From contig NMRA01000541.1 in NCBI GenBank assembly GCA_002633005.1, forward strand, positions 1 to 64,000: a stretch of 64,000 nt of DNA. The letters are read 5' to 3'. Numbering within the stretch: the stretch's first letter is position 1; every line of letters begins with the position of its first letter. The notes beneath the pieces were generated by a model. It had not been told where the DNA came from. It saw only the letters and a program-made list of their open reading frames with translations, and searched no databases. A program made the position numbers and the translations under genes. Source of the DNA: Phoronis australis (lineage: Eukaryota; Animalia; Phoronida). This document shows positions 26,001-38,000 of the stretch, piece after piece.

Positions 26001-29000
26001 GGTGACGCAACCCTTCTGACAGTATCTTACTACCCACGATGCAAATGACAAGATCTTAGTTAACTTCTTGTTCGTTAACCCTTGCCCTTGTCAGGAATCT
26101 CTAGAATCTCTAGAGTCTTCCACGAGATGTCTCTGGCATACTATATCCTCTGTACACTGTAGCAAGTCTTATGCTTCAACTACTAAAGCGCATCTGAATA
26201 TCTCCTTGATTTAAGCCCATCATATAATATTCTAAATATTCAGCGATTGACTAATAAAAAACAAATGATCATATCCAATCATATCATTGGCTGTTAGAGT
26301 TTTTCTCAGAAATTTCTAGAACTTCTAGAGTACTTTGACCCCAGAACACAAAGTTTTAAACACCATCTAAAATAGAATTTGCCGTAAAAATATATGTCAA
26401 CAAGTCTAACCCCATGATTTAAAAGTACATCAAAGTATGCACAAATTTCGGTAAACTTAAATGGATCTATTTTTACTAATTACTTAATTCAATATTCATT
26501 AGGACAGGCCCAAATAACAATTTGTGGTCAGTTTTGGAATCTCAATTGGTTTCGTTGGACGTAAATGTACGGCAAGGGAAAACGACATGGCTTTGTTGAA
26601 GTTCTTCATCTTTGAGAAATCCCATCAAATGTGCTTTGTGCCATCTTCTTCAGTTTTCTTGAAACAGGGTGCAGACAAGGGCTCTAATTGACGCAACCCA
26701 GTGATAATGCCCAAATCAGACACTTATAATGTGGTCTGAACCTGTTTTAGATGTACAGTGAACATCCACAAGGCGTATTAGAGTAAGAGATCCTTGGCTG
26801 ATAGAGAAGAGTACTGATAAAGTGGCTTAGGCAAGTTATTAAAGTTTCTGATCATCAATTTGATAATACGAAGACAGATATTCTAAATAAAATGTGTCTC
26901 CATTCATTTTGTAATCAACATACGTCAGAATATTTCGCAATGTTTCCAGGTGGCCGTAAAAATAATCAAATTACTGAAGAAGTAATCACAATTGTCCTCG
27001 GTCTGAGTTAGATAAAGATTAACATTTATAACAACATTTGAATAGCTGTACTATGTGAATGGACACAACAGAATAACGATGTCAATGACTTATGCCGGAT
27101 TTAAGATAAGTAAGAGACCTGTGCTGTTAACGGAACTGTATCAACCTGTAGCAAACCATTTACATGTACATGGCTTTGTTGGTGTACAATTTACTTAAAA
27201 ACTTATAGAAACAATATACGAAAACAAAGCAACTCCAAAGCATTGCATCTGGGAAAACACATTTCATTAGGAAAAAAAACTACTTACACGTAAATGAATT
27301 AATAAGGGCACCAAAGCTCCATCAACTTTACAAGGAAATGGTCTTTTCAAACAATTTCCATTGTATATTTTATAGTAGAGACTATTGGAGCATTCTAGTT
27401 GGCCAAGATAAGCAATTAAACTGTTGAATGGTGATCAATATTTAATTAAATTTTTGGCACGTTACACCGTATCAGATGCGTCACTGTCGATAGTAAATGA
27501 AAGTACTTCAATGTTTAGAAGAGCCAGTGACAAATTATTGGCTGCCGAGTGGACCAGGGTTTCACAAAATATATGGTTTGTCTGGTGCAAGTTGACTAAA
27601 ACCTATTAATACAGGGATAGCCTTTGCCATACCTACCTCCACCATGTGACTTATACTACATACTTTTACGTGATTTTATTTAAAAAGGCCTCTGCTCATC
27701 ACACACTCTTTCGGTTCAAGGAGATTGAAAACATCAATTTTTTACTTAATTGATATGAACTGAACCATCAGAAACATTTTCGGACTTATATTCATTAGGT
27801 CACGTGATGTGACCAAAAAGATGGCGTGCTGATAGGACAAAATACACGCTACATAGTTCCAGGCCTCACTGAAAAAGATATTTATTCATCAAAGTTCTGT
27901 TGTTTGAAAAACGATTTTTATCGATAATGACGCATTGTACACGAACTGAACTCGAAATTTCCACGTTTTGAAATTCTTACAACATATATTTGCAAACAAT
28001 ACACCCATGTACAAATTGGAAAGCGAACGCACGAGTAAGAAAATCATTACTGACAGCGTTAAAGTTTATAAGCTCGATGATTACCTATATGTTATTATTT
28101 ATTATGGGAATAGGAAGTCCTCCGACTTGATCACGAAAAATAACATTTCTAAAGCGAAAGTCCGCCCCGTTGCCCATTGTAGTGTTGTGTATGAGTTTTT
28201 TATGCCCTATGAAGGGATCTCTTTGGTCAAATGTCAAACAATGTAACATTGGTAAAACGGTTTGCAGTCTTTCTCCTCGGTTATTTATGGATCTTGAAAA
28301 TGGCGCCAGCCAAGATCCTTTTCTGCAATGTCACCAACTCAAAATCACCTAGAGCAAGATGTGCTGCCATTGAAAGTACTAGAGTCCCTTTTGATTGCAT
28401 TTGAGAAGCATGTTTTGAGTGAGCAGCAGACAGGGTAGTGCCGCACGTTACACTTGATTGGGTGACTTTCCTGTTAGCCCCCTTCATTTGTAATTCTATG
28501 CAGTATTTCATACCTGCCGTGTCCCACTGTGTATGTCTCCAGCTTATGTTCTGAAGTGGAATTACTGCGTCCTTTTATATTCACTAGAGAATGAAACAAG
28601 TATATTTCGACTTATCGTGTACTTTTTTAAAAGTATTTCGCCAGGCCAGTTACAATGTTCCGTTGAGTGTACAGTTATATTCTGAACCTACCTGTATGAA
28701 GGAAATGGAATAAAGACTGTCAACAACGAAAAGTGTCGTGTGTTTAATCAAATTTGAAAGCAGGAACTTCCCACAATTGAACAGTACCACTGATGTGGTG
28801 GAAAGGACGCAGATAAGCCTGGGTCATCGATAGTTATCAATGACGTACACCCCATGTCGCATGCAGTCTTTACCGTTAGTTGGAGGACCAACAGGACTCC
28901 ATTCACTTTAGAGTGCACAGGGTTTGACTGCATGATACTAATTATACGTCACCTACCATTGAACGAAATGGGTTGCAAAATCCTGAACTTGGTCACTGTG

Positions 29001-32000
29001 GGGGAGGGTCCAAAAGAGGACCCAAAAATCCATTTAATTTAAATTTCGAGTGAAACACCTGTTTCAAGTTTATTTCATTCAAATCAAAACTCAAAATTAA
29101 AATGGTAAACACTTATCATGTAAAAATGCTTGGGTAATGAATTAAAACGTCTGTTAATAATAACAACAAACAAATATCGATTTATTTAAATTTTTAAGTG
29201 CATCAATTTTACCCCTAGTAACTCTAGACACCATATCCACAACTTAAGGTGCTGTTTTCCTGATTTTTAGATAAGACGGGGATTTTCGAACCCAAAATAT
29301 AAGCCCTAAACATGAAATAATTAAAAAGGAATTACTACTTTAAATAATAATCATTTCGAGTGATGCAAAAATACAACTTATGACATGAAAAGGTCTTTTG
29401 TTATTGATTAAGACACTTATTAATTAAAGGATTTCTTTGAACAATTTTTTAAAGATTCACTGTTGTTTAGTAACTCTGGACACCACACCCAGAGTTTAAG
29501 GCTGTATTTTCCTGGAGGTAGCAGATGAGACGACCATAGCAAATTCCACAGACATCAAAGACGAAAGAGGACAATGTTGATTACTATGAATGAAACATAC
29601 TACTTGCAATAAACAAAAACTCGTCTGGAGATATGACCAATTAAATCTCAAGTACAAGAAAAATGAAAAAATAAGCTAAGATACATGTGGAGTAACTAAA
29701 TAAGCTGGTTACAAATTAAAGCCCAACTGCATGGGGCATATATGTATATAGGGGCAACAAATGAAAGTACAGGGGATTTTGATTCATGACACAGTCTTTT
29801 GTGTCATACCATACAACAGAAATCCAAAAGGCAAAAAGTTAACTGCAAACATCTGAGTCGTGATCGTCGTCACTCTCCATGTCCAGTGCGTATCGTGACC
29901 AAGTGTTAGGGAATAAGATTGTATGATGCAGGCTATGTGTGGGTCCAAGGTACGTCATTAGTGCAAAGGTCGTTTTTTACAATTTACAAGTTGTCAATAA
30001 ATACAACTGCACTTTGTTTAGCGTAGATGGTGTTCAAATAACATTGTCATTTTGTTCCTACAATACATAAGCATAAATCGCAGCATGCAAATACATCTTA
30101 AAATTAATAGTTTATTGGTCATTAATTGATAAACGTCTTAATTAGTAACACCAGTAATTTTGGGTCTTAAAAGGTATTTTTGACCATTTCAAATATTTTT
30201 ATGTAGTATTTCCTCTTTTGTTCAAGTTTATTTTTGGAATGTTGTTATCCCTTAGGGTGCAAACAACCCCATCATTTCTGGTAACTACATGGAAAATGGC
30301 GCCTTGAGTTGTGGATATGGAGTCCAGAGTTACTAAACTATCCTTTAGAAAAAGGATGTTTGTTCCACTTAAAAGCTCAAATAAATTGTTAACTGGTTGT
30401 TAATTAGTTGGCATTTTAATAACCCCGGGCATTTTCATGTCTTAAGTTGCATCAACTTAATTTGAGGGGGATTTTAATGAAATAAACTTGAAACGGATGC
30501 ACTCAAAATCCTAATGAAATTAAATCTTGGGTCCTTTTTTGGGCGGCCCATGGACCGAACCCCAGGATTGTGCAACTTAAAGACTCCAATGGTAGGTGAT
30601 ACAATAGGATTACGAACTCAAACCTTTTACACTCAAAAGTGTGAATTCCTGCTGTACATAGTTTTTTAGGCTAGCATCGCTTGCACTGGAGGAAGTCCTT
30701 TGTGTGCTGTTCCTATAACCTAAAACGACTACTCACTTCCCCAAAAACATACCTTAGACAGAGTTTTGGAGCAATGAGAAAAAAGTAGGAAAAAGTTTAA
30801 AATAAAAGGAATTTCAGAAAAAGGCATCAAAAAGAGGAACAGGTGAAAGTAGGAATTGTAAGTGAAAGTAGTAATTGTAGGAACGCTTGAAAGCCTGCCT
30901 CATGTCCACGATATCAAAGGTTTAATTAACACTGGACTTTTGAGTCAGTTTTCTAGATACTCAGCGCGGTCTTCATGTTTGTATTTGCCTGAATGTTTCA
31001 TATGTTCATTAATTAATGGAACCAGTTGCAGGTGTTTTGTGCAATGGGACCGGGTGTTCGGCATGCCAAGGTCTGATGTAGCGTTTATCAGGCCACCTGC
31101 ATTATTTTTTGAAGTGGCAAACGTTGAAGCAAAGTCGCCAAGTAAGATCTGATTTAAAACGTCTACTCTTTCGGACCCTCGGCACGACTCATACGAGCGT
31201 ATATTCGTCCATCCAAACAAAACCGAGGTACATATTTTATTGATTTTTGGTCCCTAAATAAGTATTTTTAAAAATGTACGCATCAGACTTGCTACAATAA
31301 ACTCCAGTAGTTACTATAATATTTATGTTAGTGCGAAAGTATTTTGCCTGAAAGGAAGAGCTAATCACATGGGTAAACGACCTGGCTCCAGCTATCCGCA
31401 GTTATTTGTAGTGAGCAATTACTAAATGTTTTGTTGGATACAAATCGATTACCAAGAAAGTCACTCCTTCAGAAAGTATCGAGTGCTTGGAACAATATCG
31501 TTGTCAGAATAAATATTGATAAAGTAATTAGTAAGAATATATCCATTTTAAGTTGCCCAAAATTTGTGCATATGTACTTTTAAATCATGGGGTCAGACTT
31601 GTTGACATGTATTTTAACGTCAAAATCTATTTTTAGATGGTGTTTACAACTTTGGGTTCTGGAGTCAAAGTACTCTAGAGGTTCTAAAATATTCCGAGAA
31701 CAAATTGTAACAGCCAATAATATGAGAGGATATGATCAGGTGGTTTTATTAGCCAATCACTAAATAAGTAGATTGTTATATTATGGGCTGAAATCAACAA
31801 GATAATTAGATGCGCTACAGTAGTTGAAGCACAAAGACTTGCTACAGTGTACAGAAGCAATTGTACGACAGAGCCATCTCGTGGAAGATTCTAGAAAGAA
31901 TCTTGGCAAGGGCAAGGGTTAACGAACAGGAAGTTAATTGAGAGCTTGTCACTAGCATTGTGGGTAGTAAGATACTACCTGAAGTGTTGCGTCATCAGCC

Positions 32001-35000
32001 AGAGACTGTGACCAGCAAGAAGATTCGCGGGTAGAAGAAATTAGCTGCAAGTGTTGCATCACCAGAGACGGTGACCAGCAAACACACTTTCGCTATACAG
32101 TGTGTGTAGTTCGAAGATTCACCAATAGGACAGACATCCAACAAGTGGAGGGTTCTAGCTTGGATAGCAGATAAGACATTTGATTGTTTTGGTTGTTTGA
32201 TTAAGGTAATCTTTAAAGAGGGCGCTAGCGTATTTACTCTTTGTAGTTGTTTACTTAATTAACAATACAATGTAGGTTTCATTTGTCTAATTAGGGGTTA
32301 TCATAAAATAAATTAAGTACTGGATTTGATTAATCACTCTCCATCTACGCACAATCTCAAAGCATAGCTACCTTTTAAAAAAACCCACAGTCAATCATCT
32401 GACAATCGTCTTAGTCACTATGTCTCATGACTTCACTCATTGAGGACGTCTTATTGTACAACGTAATGTTCTGCACCGTGTACTTATCAGGGCTCGACAT
32501 AACGAGATGCAGGTCGCATTTGTGACCTGAAACTTGGAAATGAGAGCTGAGATTTTTGCAAGCTTGTACCAAGTCGAAAAATGCGATCCGGAATTTCCAA
32601 AGTACGCGACCTGAGATCTTACACTTCTGGGTAGATACCTTGCAAATATATAGCAGCTGTTTGAAACCGACCTCTATTTGGTTGTTGCTAAATTGAGTTC
32701 AAAACAACCCTAACGGTGAACAGCCATCCCGATGACATCTTAGCATGTCGCGTGAACATGGGGAACATGCAGACGCATTTCAATGCCTGACATTTTCTGG
32801 TACAGAGTGTTATTCAAACGTCGTTTAAGTTGCAAAGTTTGGACTGTGAACAAATCATGGAGAGATTTGCATTCAGAGTTAATTTGAATCTTTAAAAGTT
32901 TTGATGACAGTCATATAGCTGGTCAGACCTAACAAAATCGCGGATACTTTTTCAACGCTTATTTTCGCCATTTTTGCATTTCAAACATAGTTACTCGAAT
33001 GCACGTGCTGGATAGAGAGCACGGAATGAACTTTCAGGTTGGCAACTTGCCTTGCGCTCTGGAGCCTTTTAATGGCGGTCGTGAAGAACAGCAACGCTAT
33101 ATCTGAATGTAAGAGCTCAATTTTACGTAGGCAAAAACATGATGATCTTGAAAGTCAATTTTGGCGAGTAAAACTGGTGGAAAATGTTTGCGACCTGGCA
33201 TTTATGAATGCGAGCTAGATTTTTAAAATGCGACGTGGGAGTTTTGCGAAGTCGCAAAATGCGACGTGGCTACTTTCATAGCGTCGAGCCCAGCTTACAG
33301 TGCCTCTTTCGGAGATGATTGGAGTGTGTAGTTATAGGATTTGAAACAAACCGCCAAGAAATTCAGTTGATCTTCTTCAGTCATGAAAAATGGATGCTTG
33401 AGAACCTTATCAGCACTTGGTCGCAAGGACGGGTCTACATTAGTCATCTGTTTGACCAGCTCATTTGCGCATGCACGTTCATGACCTACAAAAAATGCGA
33501 TACGTAGTTGAAAATATCTAAGCAATAGAATTTTTTAAAAAGTTACATTTGTAATCGCATTACTCGGGCTTGCGTAATCCTTGACTTGCGAGTGCGAGGC
33601 GTGATACCAATATATACTGTATTCCAAACTGATATAAAACTCGAGACTCTCCCTTATGTTTGTTAAGGTCAACATCAACTGCGTAATTCTGATATTTAGT
33701 ACACACCCAAGAGCGCATTAAGACAAATAACAAAGGCTTCTAGAACCAGAAAAACATAATACAAAATCGTTCCCAAATTGTGTATAATTATATGCACAGA
33801 CATGTTGAAAAGGTTCTACAAAACTTTAATGGAAACGACAGAAAAGCCATAATGTTTGAAGTATCATCGCTTCAAAAAACCCGTTTCCATTGCCTTTAAG
33901 CATTCCATTCCATGTCCAATTTCGCGGAAGCAGTCCCGTTTTACAGGATTTTGCCAGATTTGTTGTTGGAATTTTTACTTTTATATAAATTCTATGGTTC
34001 GTGATATCAACATCATAACAAATGGAGTGATTTTATAAGTTTCTAACCGTAACCTACGACCCAAGGATTACATCTTCCAAACCCTCTAAACGTCGGTCAG
34101 TCGTCTCATCAGATACTCGAGAACCTCAGAAAAAACGTCCACACTAATCTGCCATCGGTCGCAACCCACTCACCAAGTTCGCTGTAACACTTTTATTTTC
34201 AAAACACAAGATATGTCACAGTTGCCAAGTTTAACCAATTGTGCCCTTACAAAAATGAACCTAAAGGCCAAGTATGATGCCAAATTGACTATCTTTACAT
34301 CTAAAATACATTTATTGATGAAAAACATCAAAGTACTGTGCCATAGCATACCCCAGTCGTTAATTAAGTAGGCCATCCACAATACAGTAGCCCCATCGCG
34401 AGCCCCATTTAGCGCCAAAAAAGTCTATGACATCATCGTTACCACGAATTTGGCTTTCACCGTGTCTCCACAGTATTGGAAAAAGCGATGACTGGCCATT
34501 TAATTTAGTACAAAATACGTGGAAAATCAAGGAATTTTTCATTTCATGTCCTTTAGAAGTTTTTATTCAATTATTTAGCACATATTCTAATACGGGCCGG
34601 TATGGGAATCCCCGGGAGTGTGACTGGGGCCGTCGAAACAGCAGGAAAAACAAAACGCTTCCTCTGAATTGTTATCAGCAATTTCACAATGTTTATTATA
34701 AAAAGTAATTTGCTTGACACAAAAACTTCGATGTTAGGAACTTTCCATTCATGTCTTTTTCAGTGAAGCCGAAGGTGTGAACGCTGCGCGATTCCAATAC
34801 GGGCGGCTGTCGAGTGTGTGTGCCCCGTATTGGTATAGGCGACTATAGGCCGTTTAATTTGGTGCAAAATTCTTGTAAACGTTACAGCACATCAGCTTGA
34901 TCTTTTCGTACAAATAAATTATAATCAAATTCATTGAAACTTTACATTAGAAACTAAATTTTCAAAATAAGTCGCCTTGAAATGCTGCAACCCGTAACCT

Positions 35001-38000
35001 AATCGCCATCATTTTGACACGGTCAACCTAAAAAAATGAAAATTAATAGCAACACAATATTGTGTCTGTAATAAATTAAAAGTATGAAATAAAGTCTGAG
35101 TTGCATGAAAACACACCCAGTTATAAGAATGTGTAATCAATTGAATTACATTTAAACTCAGCATCAGAATGCCGTTAGGCCTAAGGGAACGACCAAATCC
35201 GACAGAATATTCCAGATTTGGGTCGGATTCCCTATACTAAAATACCAAAATACAGCAAGGTAACACTGTGAATTAAGCTCTGATACAGCATACACTATAG
35301 ACCTCATACAGGCCGGGTATGAGTTGTGTTAGTCACCTCGATTGTCGTGGAACCATAGACTGTTGTCTATAATCTATTGTGGAACTTATATCGCAGAGTC
35401 AACGTCCGACGGCCGGGGTGCATGCAAAATCTGGGAGACACTCACCCTGCCCGTTGCCAGTCGTTGACGGGAAGAACAGTCTAATCGACGTCATTTTTTA
35501 GCATTACTCTGCGCCTTTTGAGTTGTGTAACAAAGAAAGTCTGTCGTCGTTTTGAAAACAGTACGCTCGTGACACGCGCACGCGCCGTACTAAAATTCTA
35601 CGAATAATTTTGGGACAAATTGCAGCAGTAAAGTTTGTTCTAAATTCGGTTTGCTGGTTTAAAAAATGCTAATAACTTGTGACGAAGTGAAACCAGTTCC
35701 GACAATTTGTTGTGACAGTACGCAACCTCGTGACTAGTTGATAGAGGAATAAACCGGGGAAAAGAAACTGTTCAGGTCAGGTGACGTAATCGCAAAACGC
35801 CGACTCACAAGAACGCACTTCAATTTCAGCAGTAGGCTTAGATTACCGGTAGAACGATAATTTTTCAAACACCGGTAAATAATTTGGTTTACTCACTCAA
35901 AGAGCGGTGCAGCTTTTAATGGCAATATTTCTGAGTCAGATTTTATTTAGTCATTTTTACCCACATCGATGCGAAGTTGTAGATTTTGTATAGCTTACAA
36001 CTTTGCACCAAGCCTAAAACAGACCTTGCCTATGGGGAAAGTTTGTCGCCAGTCCTTGTCGAGGATACGAATTTATTCCACGCACGGCACACGACGTGAT
36101 CGGTGGGGAAGTTGTGCAAATGCATCCCACTTTCGCTGACATTGCTGCAACCGCACACCACGCAAAGAGGCATTTTAGTCCAGGGATCGACAAGTACAGA
36201 ACGTCCAAGAAACATAGCCCTCAGCTGTTACGCAGTGTGGCTTCCCAGTAAATTTCGTGGCCATACGAAGATGTCATATGAACCACTTTACGCTGATTGG
36301 TTGAGATTTTTTTCTGGGGCTCTGGAAGGGGTTACGAATTATGAGCGGTGTAATTTGCGTCGCAATGAATTACTTTCCGTGGTGTGTAAGAAGCAAAAAC
36401 AATATTTTTATGAACAATACATACATTTTTGGTGTCAAAAAGGTGTTTCAGCCGCTGGACGCTGTCTTTAAGTTTTTCACTAAAAGAAAAGTTTTTGGAA
36501 AGCAACCTAAGTTCTAGAGAAGAATTTCAAGTTCTTAAGAAAAGGTTTTAAAAGAAACTTACGTTTTTAAAAATTTAATGTCAAACAATTTTCAAAGTTT
36601 TCCATCGACATGTTAAGTTTTTCAGAGAAATAAAGTTTTCTGAAAACTTGAGTTTCTTCAACCGTAAAACTTAGGTTTTCCAAATAAACTTAATTTTCAA
36701 GTGATGACTTACATGTAAGTTTTCATGAGAACTTAGGTTTATCACAAAACTTAAGTTTTTCGAATTATAAAAACTCAAATTTTCCTGACTTCTTAACATT
36801 GTCGCAAAACTTATGTTTTTCCGGTTATAGAAACTTAAGTTTTCCGGACTTCTTAAATTTTTCAGAAATTTTTCAGGTATACAAAACTTAAGTTTTCTAA
36901 AAACTATAAAGTTTCTATGTGACCAAAATTTACGTCTTCAAGTTTGAAAAATTTGAATATTGTGAGATACATGTATTTGATTATTATTGTTCGTAAATTA
37001 TCCAAATTTTCCAACCACTAATTCTTGTTTGCTTATGCAAAACCTATTGTTTTAGAAAATTGTATTCTGGTAAAATGGGCCTATCTGCTGTCCATAAGAC
37101 AAAAACAAATTAATCAGTTCACAGAATTAACTGTGATTACGTAATGATTATCGCAGGTCTTCGTGAATTCAAATGTTGGCGAACATCCGGTGACCAGCAG
37201 CGGTATAAATGCATAGCAATATTAATCGCATGAGACAATTACCTGGTTAGTAAATTGTCAAAAGAATTTACGCAATTCTTAGCAATACGTTATTTTCGTG
37301 AAAGTTTCCTTTGTGTCGAGTTTATTCCTATGGCAGTTTCCGCCGGAGGTCAGCTGTATGAATTTCATAACCGACGGTCAACTTCGAAGAAAAGGATGGT
37401 TGCCCACGACAATTAACTTTTCATATCAACTTGCAGAGCCGACTTGAAGGCATTTCAGGAGTTGGAGAAGTCAGATTAGTGTTAATTGGCCACAGTCAGC
37501 ACTGTCATTGATATCCAACGTGTAAGTTCAGTTGCTTTTATTAGCACCTCACGCTGTCACATACCGAAATTTACTGTAATATGTGTGAGGATTGTCTATT
37601 CTTATTATTCTAACCTTTAATTTACTGCCCGTGGTCCATCAGTAAGTCATATCCTTCGCATAACGCTAGTACTCTAGTATACATGTATTCCTGTGGTCTT
37701 TGAGGTCTTGGTTGAGCATCAATGCAAGGGGGGGGGGCTCTCTCAAAATGTAATCATTTCGCAAGTAGGGTGTACTGGCATTGCTTGTGTTAGACCGTGA
37801 CCACCGTCCCACTAGCTCCGTTGTTGAGACTGTGAAGTTCTAGGCGCTTCTTACGCCGGAAGTTTTTCGGCAAATTATGCCTCGCACTGACCAAAACATC
37901 AATGTTTCTTTGTCATAAATACCTTTTGTGCATAGAGGGACACCTTAGGAGGTCGTCGATGTATTTAATTTCTTCCAACTCAAACAAATACCCCCGTTAT

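Larger units (their letters stand above)
18385..26506 (-). mobile_element. Degraded Gmr1-type Ty3/Gypsy LTR retrotransposon (SCAN-like gag, PR-IN-RT-RH order)
   Basis: 5-bp TSD GGCCC (18380-18384 and 26507-26511). 5' LTR 25611-26506; truncated 3' LTR 18385-about 18803. PBS TGGGGGCCAGTTCGGGA resembles tRNA-Pro. Gag motifs DAFLTRFETFA..W..WA and LRDRLIRERFL; protease RDTGCS; integrase N-terminus QIVVPVKY..VMTLTNES..GG (about 20350-20450); RT FGLVN and YVDDI; RNase H QTDAS and TDHQP. Many stops and frameshifts. Confidence 0.9.

Noticed and set aside
28514-28571. DAVIPLQNISWRHTQWDTA as the constitutive KEN exon linking D to F
   Set aside because: It needs a weak AAG acceptor downstream of a better TAG. 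Exon 17281-17401 fits IRE1 much better (EVS...DWR, length and phase).
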